Positions 1 to 9,988 of a stretch of DNA of 64,000 nt are shown here, piece after piece (the stretch's first letter is position 1; each line of letters opens with the position of its first letter). Location of the stretch: positions 129,125 through 193,124 of the forward strand of contig DAIDHL010000003.1 of NCBI GenBank assembly GCA_027459745.1. The letters run 5' to 3'. The translations under genes and the position numbers were made by a program. The notes beneath the pieces are model-generated. The model searched no databases, was not told where the DNA came from, and saw nothing but the letters and a program-made list of their open reading frames with translations. The DNA is from Candidatus Levyibacteriota bacterium. Its GTDB lineage: Bacteria > Patescibacteriota > Microgenomatia > Levybacterales > UBA12049.

Positions 1-910
1 GCTGTTGTTTATAATATGCTCCTAAATCAAAAGGCGCATAGCCGCTAGCTAACACTTCTGGTACATACACACTTCTCCAACCTTGTTGGTGAATTTTTAA
101 AGAAGTAATGAAATCTTCTGCTATGTTTTTCTCGTTAAATCCTCCAATGTCTTCTAAGGTGTTTTTTCTAATGACAAAATTTGTTCCACACAAGAATGAT
201 GCATTATAATGATTTTTACCCACCATAATAGGTCCAAAGAAAAAATCTTGTTGTTCCCATGCTCCCATAGTCACTTGATTGTCAGAATAATTTTCATAAT
301 ATTGTGGAGTTTGCACAAAAGCAACATTTTTATCTGCGAAATACAGCATAGTTTTTTCAAGAAAATCCTCCCTTGGTTTCATGTCAGCATCAAAAATCGC
401 TAGGTATTCTTCTTTCAATTTCGTTAATGCATGGTTGATATTTCCTGCCTTTGCACCACCTGATAACCTACGAGTAATTATTTTTATATTCAATCGCTCT
501 GCTAATATTTCATAATCCTGCCAGTTTATATTACCTGCCACATAACCATCGTTTAAGATGTAAATATTTTTGTTTTTATAGTTGACTGCTTTGGCATGTA
601 AAATAGTCTGTTCAACTACACTTACCGGCTCAGAAACAACAGGAATCAAAATTGCAACTGTGGCCTGCCCTGATGAATATGCTGATAGACTGACGGGTTT
701 ACTTCTATTTCTTTTTGGCCAAACAGTATGCCAAAAAAGAAAAGCCATCAAAATATGATAAGTCTCCCCTAAAAATAATAGAGAATATAAGAATAAATTG
801 CCGGCATTATAAAACTGGAACCACCAACTATAATAGATAATTCCCCATGCCATGGTTAATATCAATATGTTTTTCTGCAAACGTGAGTAATTAACTTTAT
901 ATTTTTCCAT
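1..910 (-). CDS. Processive family-2 glycosyltransferase, cellulose-synthase-like (N-terminal part; C-terminus runs off the window)
   Basis: Absent from the ORF track because it is truncated at the window edge. My translation of the reverse strand from the start (rc ATG at 908-910) gives a TM segment, then ILNDGY, IFDADM (DxD), AEDFITS and HQQGWRSVY (QxxRW-like). This is the D,D,D,QxxRW signature of processive GT2 enzymes. The GH8 stop at 912-914 abuts this start, implying translational coupling. Confidence 0.65.
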   Translation of the reverse strand, partial: MEKYKVNYSRLQKNILILTMAWGIIYYSWWFQFYNAGNLFLYSLLFLGETYHILMAFLFWHTVWPKRNRSKPVSLSAYSSGQATVAILIPVVSEPVSVVEQTILHAKAVNYKNKNIYILNDGYVAGNINWQDYEILAERLNIKIITRRLSGGAKAGNINHALTKLKEEYLAIFDADMKPREDFLEKTMLYFADKNVAFVQTPQYYENYSDNQVTMGAWEQQDFFFGPIMVGKNHYNASFLCGTNFVIRKNTLEDIGGFNEKNIAEDFITSLKIHQQGWRSVYVPEVLASGYAPFDLGAYYKQQ

Positions 911-911
911 A

Positions 912-2090
912 TTAGTAATAAGGCAAAGCTTTGTTATACATGGCTGCTCCAAACCATAACCAATTTTGCTCGTAATATCCTAAATCAGAGTTAAAACTAT
1001 TGTTGTCGTTGGAGTATAACTTGATAATCTTATTGTTATATATGTCCTGAGCCACTTGTGTATCTGCAATCATAAAATAACCAATGCTAGTTGCATACAT
1101 GTCAGGATTTTGATTATTATCCAGAGGCTTTCCATCATGAGTATACCCGGAAACTAACTGTTTATTCAGCTGATATTGCTTTAATAAGAAAATATAATCT
1201 GTCAATAAATATTGTTTAGCAGCATTGTTATTGTTCCAGAAATAATCAAGTGCTACTCGGAAAGGAACACGCATCGCATCAAATGAATAATTACTATCAG
1301 CATTAGGTATAGAAGCGACTTTAATAGTGCCATTATCTTTCTGCATCGTAAACCAGTCCGGCGGTAGACCAACACCAGAACCAGTATTAAAAGCTGCACT
1401 ACCCACGGCATCTAACATGCTATAGCCAGGCGCGATTAGAGAATTCCAATCGTCTTTAGTATCTATTTTGGCAAATATTCTATATTCATAAGGAGCAAAG
1501 TAAGAAGGGTTCATGACTACTTCATTGCCGCTGTTAGCCCAGTTACCTGCTGTTACATAGCGCTTACCATTGGCCTGAGTAGTTTCATATTTCCAAATGT
1601 CCGGAATAATCTGAGCTGCCTGATCCAGATAAATTTTATTATTCCATCGATGACCAGCTAAAATCAAAGCAAAAGCTATATCCTCATCAGCATCGGTAGC
1701 GCTATTATTACCTCCTCCTGATAGCGCACCATAACTACCATCGCTGCGTTTACCCCAACGCCATTCAAACAAATGATCACCGTTTTTATGTTGCAGATCG
1801 TTTTTTGTCCAGTTCCATACAGTTGCAAAGGTAGTACTATCGTTTGTCCAAACAGCTCTTAACAATGCATAGCTTTGTCCTTCTGAAGTCGTGATAGAAC
1901 CCTGAGAATAATCTATTACTCTACCATCTGAATTTATAAACTGCGCTTTATATTTTTGAAAAGCCGAGTCCAACAAAGTATAAGAAGAAAAAGTTCTAGT
2001 CGTTGAGCTATAAGGAGAATTAATATACCAGACTCCGACTATAATAATAATAGCGATAATAATTAAAGCAACACCTATATATTTTCTCAT
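912..2090 (-). CDS. Glycoside hydrolase family 8 (endoglucanase/BcsZ-like), membrane-anchored
   Basis: 392 aa. N-terminal TM helix. TSEGQSYALL matches the GH8 catalytic-Glu region. ATDADEDIAFALILAGHRW fits the GH8 PROSITE-type signature A-[ST]-D-[AG]-D-x2-[IM]-A-x-[SA]-[LIVM]-[LIVMG]-x-A-x3-[FW]. Confidence 0.75.
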   Translation of the reverse strand: MRKYIGVALIIIAIIIIVGVWYINSPYSSTTRTFSSYTLLDSAFQKYKAQFINSDGRVIDYSQGSITTSEGQSYALLRAVWTNDSTTFATVWNWTKNDLQHKNGDHLFEWRWGKRSDGSYGALSGGGNNSATDADEDIAFALILAGHRWNNKIYLDQAAQIIPDIWKYETTQANGKRYVTAGNWANSGNEVVMNPSYFAPYEYRIFAKIDTKDDWNSLIAPGYSMLDAVGSAAFNTGSGVGLPPDWFTMQKDNGTIKVASIPNADSNYSFDAMRVPFRVALDYFWNNNNAAKQYLLTDYIFLLKQYQLNKQLVSGYTHDGKPLDNNQNPDMYATSIGYFMIADTQVAQDIYNNKIIKLYSNDNNSFNSDLGYYEQNWLWFGAAMYNKALPYY

Positions 2091-2092
2091 CT

Positions 2093-2851
2093 TTATTTAT
2101 TAAAAGGAAAAACAATTTGCTGTAAAGGATTGTTCTCCCCAAAAGAAGACATTTTCCTATGTATCCAACCTATAAACATTTCCCATTTTTCGTAATAGAA
2201 AAAATAAATTCCAGTAACTAATAATAGAATTGCTATGAATAAAATAATTTTCGTTTCCCGAGGTGTAAATCCTGTTTGCTGGTAAAAGTCAGTATTATTC
2301 CCATAATTTAGTAAATTCATAAGTTTAGGTAATGTCCTTTGTAAAATTGGTGCTGTAGTGGGGGTGGGAGTAATCTGAGGCTTAGGTGTAGGAGTTATTC
2401 TAGTAGCAGTACCTAATACAACTGGACTGGGAGTAACAGTAACTACAGATTCCGGATAAATTACTGGCGCAATAGGAGTAGGCGTATTCATTACTATAGT
2501 AGGAGTCGGAGTCGATCTGGATGGCGTTGGGCTAGCCGTGGGATGTGTAGAAGGCGTGGGTGTAGTTGAGAGAGATGAGGTTGGAGATGGTGAAACTGTA
2601 GGATTTGTACTTGGTGATGGTTGTGTTGAAGGAGAAGGAGAAATAGATGGATTACCTGAGGGTGAAGGTAAGGAGTTCGTCGGACTAGGAGAAACATCTT
2701 CTGAAGGAGACGGTGAAGAGGAAATAGTTAATGTAATAAATTTGTTACTTTGCCCTTTTCTAGATTGTGCAAGTATCGAGGAGGGAAACAATAAAATTAC
2801 GACGAGTAATGCTATGAGTGCTAGATATAATGTAGATATATTTAATTTCAC
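2093..2851 (-). CDS. Secreted or membrane Pro/Thr/Ser-rich low-complexity protein (signal peptide, PT-rich linker, C-terminal TM)
   Basis: 252 aa. N-terminal hydrophobic signal-like segment ending in AQS, then about 150 aa of SPSPT low-complexity sequence, then a C-terminal TM helix. Tightly packed between the GH8 and KefB-like genes on the same strand. Confidence 0.5.
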   Translation of the reverse strand: MKLNISTLYLALIALLVVILLFPSSILAQSRKGQSNKFITLTISSSPSPSEDVSPSPTNSLPSPSGNPSISPSPSTQPSPSTNPTVSPSPTSSLSTTPTPSTHPTASPTPSRSTPTPTIVMNTPTPIAPVIYPESVVTVTPSPVVLGTATRITPTPKPQITPTPTTAPILQRTLPKLMNLLNYGNNTDFYQQTGFTPRETKIILFIAILLLVTGIYFFYYEKWEMFIGWIHRKMSSFGENNPLQQIVFPFNK

Positions 2852-2927
2852 GTGTGTATATTAATCTTTAGACCTTATATTGAAGTGTGGGATGTGTAAA
2901 ATATATGTAAGAAGCAGCAGGAATCTT

Positions 2928-4613
2928 CTAGATTTTAAAATATTCTAGGTCCTTATTTTTATATTTCTCAAATTCGCTTAAATCTTCATTTTTTAGTACT
3001 TTGGCCAAATGTCTACCCCCGGCCAAATGAGGTAAAACCACATAATCAGCTCCTGCCTTATATAAACGTTTAGCATCATCAATTTCATAGCACATAACCA
3101 CAATTTTGGCTCGTTTGTTTTCTTTATTTAATCTTTCAATAAGTAGCAAATTATCCTCAACATCAGGTACCGTAGAGATGACTAAACGCGCTCTATCCAA
3201 TCCTACTCTATCTTGTATTTCCGGATCGGCGATGTCTCCAAAAAAAGCTTTTATACCCTTCTGACGGAGTCTTCTTACTACATCTGGATCAAAGTCCACT
3301 ATCACCACCTCTTCATCTTTTTCTAAAGATTCTAATACACTATTTCCCATTTGATGACCTCCGATAATAACTAGATGCTTTTTTAAATTAAATAGGTCAT
3401 CTTCATTTTCTCCATCTTGTAAATGATGAATATGTGAGCTTTCTAAAAAAGTAAGTTTATCTCCCACTAATTTATAAAAGAAGTTACTATTTTGTGTGAC
3501 ATAAGATGAGACGGCAAAAGAGATTAAACCTGCTAAGACAATAGTTGTAACGACATCGGGTGTAAGTAAATTACTAACTAGAAATATGACTAGTAAGCTA
3601 AACTCAGAAATCTGTCCCAAACTGACACTTACCAAAAAGGATGTCCTTTTACGAAAACCAAATGCACTAGCGAGTAATAATAAAATGACTGGTTTCACCA
3701 ACAAAGCTATTACCGATAAGACTAATACCATCGGTAAAATAGATAGAACGTGAGCAAAACTCATTTGTAATCCCAGCATGACAAAAAATATGGTGATAAA
3801 GAAATCACGGAGTGGTTTCATTCTACCGACTATCTGGTACGTTTCGTTGGTATTCGCAAGAGCTAAACCCGCTAAAAAACCCCCAATTTCTATAGAAAAC
3901 CCTATCCATGGTGAGGATAGAATAGCAGTAAGCAAGAATACCCAGGCCAAACTAAATAAAAACAAAGATTCTGTAGAGCGAGCCACATAACGGGTAATTT
4001 TGGGGAAAATACTGTAGCTTAAGAAAGTAATGATGGCAAAGACGATAATAATTTTTATGAGTAAAGCTCCAACTTCCTCGGTAAGAGATATGGGAGAAAA
4101 AGAAATCTGATTATTGGACAGAAATACCAAGAGGATAATTGCTGCTAAATCTTGAGTTAGAGAGATACCAATAGCCAGCTTACCATGCAGGCTATTTAAA
4201 TCTTTTTTATCAGAAAAGATTTTTACTAGAATAACTGTGCTGGAGAAAGTTAAAGCAACTGCTGTAAAGAATGCAGGTGTAATAGCATAACTTAATACGC
4301 GCATAACGATAAATGAAATAGCAAAAGTAAACCACATTTGTAAAAATGCAATAACTATAGCTGTCTTCCCTATTGATGCTAATTCTTTTAGACGCAATTC
4401 CAAGCCCAACATGAATAACAACAACGTAATTCCGACGTAACCAAAAGATTGCAGATCGGTGGTGCTGGCAATATGGAAAAGCCCTAATGGTCCGAGTAGC
4501 ACTCCAGTGAGAATATATGCCAAAATAGCAGGTTGATTAAGAAGGCGAAATAATAGTGACAACCCAGCCGCTACACAAATTATAACTGTAATATCTAAAA
4601 AAATAGTCCCCAT
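2928..4613 (-). CDS. CPA2-family monovalent cation:proton antiporter with C-terminal RCK/TrkA-N domain (KefB/KefC-like)
   Basis: 561 aa. About 11 hydrophobic helices N-terminally. The C-terminal domain has a Rossmann GxGxxG (VIIGGHQMG), typical of KefB-type K+ efflux systems. Confidence 0.8.
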   Translation of the reverse strand: MGTIFLDITVIICVAAGLSLLFRLLNQPAILAYILTGVLLGPLGLFHIASTTDLQSFGYVGITLLLFMLGLELRLKELASIGKTAIVIAFLQMWFTFAISFIVMRVLSYAITPAFFTAVALTFSSTVILVKIFSDKKDLNSLHGKLAIGISLTQDLAAIILLVFLSNNQISFSPISLTEEVGALLIKIIIVFAIITFLSYSIFPKITRYVARSTESLFLFSLAWVFLLTAILSSPWIGFSIEIGGFLAGLALANTNETYQIVGRMKPLRDFFITIFFVMLGLQMSFAHVLSILPMVLVLSVIALLVKPVILLLLASAFGFRKRTSFLVSVSLGQISEFSLLVIFLVSNLLTPDVVTTIVLAGLISFAVSSYVTQNSNFFYKLVGDKLTFLESSHIHHLQDGENEDDLFNLKKHLVIIGGHQMGNSVLESLEKDEEVVIVDFDPDVVRRLRQKGIKAFFGDIADPEIQDRVGLDRARLVISTVPDVEDNLLLIERLNKENKRAKIVVMCYEIDDAKRLYKAGADYVVLPHLAGGRHLAKVLKNEDLSEFEKYKNKDLEYFKI

Positions 4614-4674
4614 ATTTTCAGTATATAGTATCTAGTATTTGGTAGCTAGTATTAGTAGTTTGTTGTTTATATAT

Positions 4675-6126
4675 TTAAGCAGCTTTATATTTATCTTGAG
4701 TATAATAAGCAGCAGCCGTGCTGTTCAAGTAATCATCAATATTAAAATCTTTAATTACCCTTTCTACAAGATCATAGTTTAAGCTTCTAACTGTAATAGA
4801 GTTGGGATCTATAATAGAAAAATCAGTGGGCATAAGATTTTCACCTTCAGCTAAAAGTGTACTCACATTATCTTTTAGGTTAGGTATAACAGCTAAAATT
4901 ACAGTTGGAATAATATTCTGCAATAACTTCCTTATTTTTTTCTCCACGGCTTCTTTTCTATAATTCTCAAACATTTCTTTGTATTCTTGATCTGTCATCA
5001 ATAAATGTTCTCCTTCTTCCGACTGGACAACTTTCCCTTCTTGTATTAATCTCTGTCTTAAAGCAATTTCACTTTGTTCATCCATTTTAGAGAAAAGTTC
5101 TACACTGGAAAAAAAACTGACTATTGTTAATAGAGTATGAGCTATATCATCTTCATATTTAGCCATCTGAACTTTATCATCCACTTCTTCATCAGCTTTT
5201 GTATAGGCAGTCTTTAGCTCAACTAAATTTAATCTTATTCCATCCTCCTCCATAGCCTTTGTTAACTCTTCAAAGAAAACACTGTATCTCATGGAGGATC
5301 CATCCTGTAGGGTAATTTCATCTTCTACAACTCTAGATAAATTCAATAAATTAAATTTCCCTCCTCGTGAATGCTCTATTTCTTTCCAAACCTCAGCCAA
5401 ATAAGCATATTGAGGTTTAAGGACTTGCAAACCGATAATATCCGGTTCTGCTGCCGGAGCAATAAGAGATTCACTTTCTGGATGATATACTAAGCCATGC
5501 AAAGATAATGCATTATCCATTTGTTCAAGATCTGCTTGTATATTTAGCATATTTTTCCCTTCCATAAAGTCGATTAATTTATTATCGTCTATTTCCCCTT
5601 CCATGCGTTTTTTGTTCGTCAGACGAAGATCATCCATCTGACCTTTAGAATAATAAAACCTCGGTTTTGACAACCAAGTTGATAATTTATTAGGGTCAAT
5701 CATTTCAGGAATATTTGCAGCAAGAAAATCTACAATTTTTAGCCAATTTTGTTCCAATTCATGATTATTTACTAGGTATTTTTTAATACCTTCTAATGAA
5801 TAGGGTTTTTTACCACCATCATCCACTCCATTTCGAGCTGTCATAGCGCTTCCAATGGTATGATGTATCAATCCTCCCAATAAAGGGAGCGCCCAGCCTT
5901 TTCCAGTCTCTTGCGTTGTTCTTTTTGTGATCTTTCTATTTGCCGGTGTTTCTCCTTCTTTTGTTACTAATCCAACAGTCTTTAACCTACTTCCTCGCCT
6001 ACGCTCATTTGCTTGTCCTTTCAGTACTCTTCGTTCAATCTTTTGCTCCTGTTGAACTTCAGAACTCTCGCTGCTATCAACAACTTCATGATCTTCTGGC
6101 ATAGATATTTCCGATTTATTATCCAT
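4675..6126 (-). CDS. Hypothetical acidic protein, no recognisable domain
   Basis: 483 aa long ORF. Strongly acidic with a charged low-complexity N-terminus. No TM or signal peptide seen. Confidence 0.5.
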   Translation of the reverse strand: MDNKSEISMPEDHEVVDSSESSEVQQEQKIERRVLKGQANERRRGSRLKTVGLVTKEGETPANRKITKRTTQETGKGWALPLLGGLIHHTIGSAMTARNGVDDGGKKPYSLEGIKKYLVNNHELEQNWLKIVDFLAANIPEMIDPNKLSTWLSKPRFYYSKGQMDDLRLTNKKRMEGEIDDNKLIDFMEGKNMLNIQADLEQMDNALSLHGLVYHPESESLIAPAAEPDIIGLQVLKPQYAYLAEVWKEIEHSRGGKFNLLNLSRVVEDEITLQDGSSMRYSVFFEELTKAMEEDGIRLNLVELKTAYTKADEEVDDKVQMAKYEDDIAHTLLTIVSFFSSVELFSKMDEQSEIALRQRLIQEGKVVQSEEGEHLLMTDQEYKEMFENYRKEAVEKKIRKLLQNIIPTVILAVIPNLKDNVSTLLAEGENLMPTDFSIIDPNSITVRSLNYDLVERVIKDFNIDDYLNSTAAAYYTQDKYKAA

Positions 6127-6258
6127 ATTATTATTTAGTATAAATTAAATTCTAAATTTAACACAAGGGTGGGTTTCAGAATATCAAACAAGAAAAGACG
6201 ATAGCATTATACTTTCAGCTTAACGCTTTACCCTTACCCCTACAGTCTGATAGACAGA

Positions 6259-8019
6259 TTACCCAAAAGTGAAGGCGAAAACTTGTGTACCCGAGCTTTC
6301 AAATTCCAATCTCAATAAATGGTTTTCTGTACTACCATGTAAATTAACTAAATCATACAATCTATCTGTATCGACATTCACTACCCCACTCTTCACATCA
6401 TTTCCAGCCACAGTTGGATCAATAGGTTTATTATCTAAGAAAACTTTCACTGTGGCTGATTTATTTAAGTTAGGTGACATAACTAAATAGACATGCTGGG
6501 CTAAGAAGTTGTAGTTCAACTCTGTCTTACCGATTGTTTGACCAAATTGAGACTGAATATCCCAAGTCCCTCCCAGACTAAAAGCATTCATATCTGGTGT
6601 TTGCAGAGTAAAATGATTTTGGCCTCCTGGATACGAACCATTGGGAAAATAATAACTCACCCGATCTGAGCCAATATAAGTTTCTGGAGAAATCTGAGTT
6701 TGAGGTGTTTTATCTGGTAAAGATGATAAACGCACGTTCACTTTTTTACCAGCATCTTTTAACAATAACTGAATTGCCTCTTCCATCTGAGTATATTGTC
6801 CTTCACCAAAATCAGTTCGACGCACGTTCCCATTAGAATCAATCAGATATTCAGCCGGCCAATACTCATTGTTGTAATTATTCCATATGTTATAGTTATT
6901 ATCCTGAACAACTGGATAGTGAATATTAAACATCTTAATCGCATTTATCACGTTGTATGCATCATGTTCAAAGGCAAATTCAGGGGTATGTACACCAATA
7001 ACTACCAAACCATCTTTTTGATACTTATCATACCACCTCGTAACGTGGGGTAAAGTACGGATACAATTAATACAAGTATAGGTCCAAAAGTCTACTAATA
7101 CTACTTTACCTTTTAATTGTTTAATACTTAAAGGTTTACTACTAGTGCCGGTTCCTACGGGATTGTTGAGCCATTGTGTCCCACCCGATAAAGCAGGCGC
7201 TGCATAATTTGTATTAAACAGGCTAGAATTGTCTACTTGCGGATTAGCATTCTTTTGACCTGGATGTTTGAGATTATTCAACTGGTTTATAACAGCTTGA
7301 TTATTATCAATATTCTCTACCCCGTTGGTCAGACTGGGAAAAAGATTCAATAAATAATTTTCTACTACTTTATCGTAATTAGTAGCAATAGCCAGAGAAA
7401 TAAAAATTACCAAAATTCCAAAGACGCGTTGCACATTCAAAGTATATTTGGAAAATGAACGTGTCTTGGCCAGTAATATACTTCCCCCATACGCCAGAAT
7501 GAACAATGGAATACCGACTCCCAAAACATAAAACAATGTGATGAAAATCAAAGTTACAGATATATTTCCGACCGCTGCTAAAGTAGCAACAGTTGCAAAT
7601 ACCGGCCCGGCACAAGGCGTCCAGACAATACCCAGAGATAGTCCAAGCAAAAAACCTGCCCAGAATTCATTTTGATTGGAACCAGGAGCTACTGCAAACT
7701 TGCCGCTAAATCGACTGACTAATCCTTCGAGAAGACGTGAAATAGCTGGAACTACCATTGATAAACCCAGAATCAATAATATGACTACCGCTAACCAACG
7801 TAAAATATTGGGGTTCAGATGAAAAAGACTAATTAACCAAGTGATTGCCAAAGTAAAAAAGGCAAAACTGATCATCAAACCTAAAGTAACTCCTAACGGA
7901 CGCCAATGCCCTTTACTTTGTGTTGATGAAGCTAAAATAATTGGTAGTAAAGGCCAAATACAAGGAGCAAATATCGTCACCAAACCCGATATAAATGCAA
8001 AAAAGAATAGTAATACCAT
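6259..8019 (-). CDS. Cytochrome-c-biogenesis/DsbD-like CcdA transmembrane domain fused to a TlpA/ResA-like thioredoxin domain and a C-terminal extracytoplasmic domain
   Basis: 586 aa. N-terminal TM block with the two CcdA cysteines (FAPC, TPCAGP). Thioredoxin CxxC (WTYTCINC) after the membrane domain. A further roughly 200-aa beta-rich C-terminal domain. Confidence 0.7.
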   Translation of the reverse strand: MVLLFFFAFISGLVTIFAPCIWPLLPIILASSTQSKGHWRPLGVTLGLMISFAFFTLAITWLISLFHLNPNILRWLAVVILLILGLSMVVPAISRLLEGLVSRFSGKFAVAPGSNQNEFWAGFLLGLSLGIVWTPCAGPVFATVATLAAVGNISVTLIFITLFYVLGVGIPLFILAYGGSILLAKTRSFSKYTLNVQRVFGILVIFISLAIATNYDKVVENYLLNLFPSLTNGVENIDNNQAVINQLNNLKHPGQKNANPQVDNSSLFNTNYAAPALSGGTQWLNNPVGTGTSSKPLSIKQLKGKVVLVDFWTYTCINCIRTLPHVTRWYDKYQKDGLVVIGVHTPEFAFEHDAYNVINAIKMFNIHYPVVQDNNYNIWNNYNNEYWPAEYLIDSNGNVRRTDFGEGQYTQMEEAIQLLLKDAGKKVNVRLSSLPDKTPQTQISPETYIGSDRVSYYFPNGSYPGGQNHFTLQTPDMNAFSLGGTWDIQSQFGQTIGKTELNYNFLAQHVYLVMSPNLNKSATVKVFLDNKPIDPTVAGNDVKSGVVNVDTDRLYDLVNLHGSTENHLLRLEFESSGTQVFAFTFG

Positions 8020-8195
8020 ATCCCAACAGCATTACATAATGCAGAGTAAAGTTCAAACTCATCTGTTGGTATCGACTCAAAGATTATATCTTATTTTCTT
8101 ACATTAAAATCATTGTTATTGGAACTCTCTTTTGTTAATATGTATCCACTTTTCTACAAGATCATAATTTTTGTTTTGAATTTTAATTTTAATCT

Positions 8196-9626
8196 ATGTT
8201 GCCTGCCAAACTTGCATTTGTAGACTTAGAAACTACCGGGACGAGATTTCCATATGATAGAGTCATCGAAATTGGAATTGTCCGTGTCGAAAACAATGAA
8301 ATAGTTGAAACCTACAATCAACTGCTTAATCCGCAGCGTTATTTGCCACCGGAAATAGAATTACTCACAGGCATAACCTCTAAGGATTTGGACAACCAAC
8401 CAACTTTTCATGATGTCAAAGATAAAGTTTACGAATTACTAAAAGACGCGGTATTTTGCGCACATAATGCCAGATTTGATTATGGATTTATTAAGCACGA
8501 ATTCAACCGCGAAGAACTACCTTTTACAGCTAAGCAATGTTGTACGGTTAAATTGTCTCGCAATTTATTTCCTGATGAACGACACCATAACCTGGATGCA
8601 GTTATGAATCGCATGCAGCTATCCTGCGATCATCGACATAGGGCTTATTCGGATGCTTTTTTAATTTATCAATTTTATCAAAAAGTACAATATCTTTTCC
8701 CTACAGAAAGATTTGTTTCGGCTTTAAAAGTAGCCATGAACAGACCATCTCTACCTTCTCAATTAAAACAAACTGATGTTGATAATCTACCGGAGTTACC
8801 GGGAGTTTACATTTTTTACGGTCAGGAAAATATTCCTTTATATGTAGGAAAAAGTAAAAATATTCACGAACGAGTTCTTTCTCATTTTAATGCTGACATT
8901 CGTTCTAGTACTGAAATGCAGATGAGTCAACAAGTAAAGAATATCGAAACAATTACAACAGCCGGTGAATTGGGTGCCTTATTTACTGAGTCAAAACTGA
9001 TAAAAAAACTTTTGCCTTTGTACAATCGTCAGCTACGAAGACAAACAGAATTAATTGGATTATATCGAGAAACAGATTCCAATGGTTATCCTATTGTTGC
9101 GTTGAAAACACTAACCAAACTTGAGCCTTCGGGATTAGAGAGATTTATAGGATTTTTCCGTTCTAGACGACAAGCTAAAAACTACTTGGCTCGCATGGTA
9201 AAAGAATACAATCTTTGTGAGAAATTGCTTGGTCTGGAAAAGACCCCTGGCAGCTGCTTTGCACATCGTTTAGGTATCTGTAAAGGAGCTTGTATGAAAA
9301 AAGAATCAGTGGTGAAATACTTACTAAGATTCACCACCGCCTTTTCTGGATTGAAAGTAAAGCCATGGCCGTTTAATGGACCTATTGCTATTGAAGAAAA
9401 GAATTTATTCACCAATAAACTTGAGTATTTTCTGGTAGATAAATGGTGCTATTTCGGTGATGTTCATGTAGATGAACACGGCAATGTGAAAGATGTTATA
9501 AAAGATGTCGAATTCGACTTAGATGTGTATAATATACTACGCAGATTTTTTAACGAAGAGAAGAATTTAAGTTCAATAAAACTTTTATCTCAGCTAGGTT
9601 TTAAGGACGTTGCAATGAATCTTTAA
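8196..9626 (+). CDS. DEDDh 3'-5' exonuclease (DnaQ/Pol III epsilon-like) fused to GIY-YIG nuclease domain (UvrC/Cho-like)
   Basis: 476 aa. Exo motifs FVDLETTG, HNARFDYGF and HRAYSDA. Then GIY-YIG (PGVYIFYG ... LYVGKSKNIHERV). Confidence 0.75.
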   Translation: MLPAKLAFVDLETTGTRFPYDRVIEIGIVRVENNEIVETYNQLLNPQRYLPPEIELLTGITSKDLDNQPTFHDVKDKVYELLKDAVFCAHNARFDYGFIKHEFNREELPFTAKQCCTVKLSRNLFPDERHHNLDAVMNRMQLSCDHRHRAYSDAFLIYQFYQKVQYLFPTERFVSALKVAMNRPSLPSQLKQTDVDNLPELPGVYIFYGQENIPLYVGKSKNIHERVLSHFNADIRSSTEMQMSQQVKNIETITTAGELGALFTESKLIKKLLPLYNRQLRRQTELIGLYRETDSNGYPIVALKTLTKLEPSGLERFIGFFRSRRQAKNYLARMVKEYNLCEKLLGLEKTPGSCFAHRLGICKGACMKKESVVKYLLRFTTAFSGLKVKPWPFNGPIAIEEKNLFTNKLEYFLVDKWCYFGDVHVDEHGNVKDVIKDVEFDLDVYNILRRFFNEEKNLSSIKLLSQLGFKDVAMNL

Positions 9627-9885
9627 CAGGAGAGGGCATACTGCTTTCTTGATTTACCTGATAATGCATATTATTGTCAAACATTTGATTTCCGGACATA
9701 AATTGATGTCCACCAAATTGATTTACTTTCATTACACCTAATAAATATAAGCAGAGAATTATTACTACCCCACCGGCAAGAATTAATAACAAAGAATTAG
9801 TCTCGTGATAATGATGATTTGTATAAGAAGAAGTTCCTACTTTTTTTTTAACCGATTTTTTAACTACTGCTCTCTTTTTCGCCAT
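9601..9885 (-). CDS. Small hypothetical membrane protein
   Basis: 94 aa, basic N-terminus plus one TM helix. Overlaps the 3' end of the exonuclease gene by about 25 nt on the opposite strand. Weak support. Confidence 0.3.
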   Translation of the reverse strand: MAKKRAVVKKSVKKKVGTSSYTNHHYHETNSLLLILAGGVVIILCLYLLGVMKVNQFGGHQFMSGNQMFDNNMHYQVNQESSMPSPVKDSLQRP

Positions 9886-9988
9886 ATCCTATTTATCATA
9901 AAGGGTTAAAAGATATGTTGTCAAGAGATATAAATTATATCAAAGAGGAATTCTAAGCTACACCTTCCAAACTTTATACACTGTTGTG

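Noticed and set aside
2494-2864. ORFs 2494..2697 (-) and 2538..2864 (+) overlapping the PT-rich gene
   Set aside because: Low-complexity, repeat-derived frames (His/Leu/Gln-rich and Gly/Glu-rich) antisense to or out of frame with the 2093..2851 gene. No independent signals.
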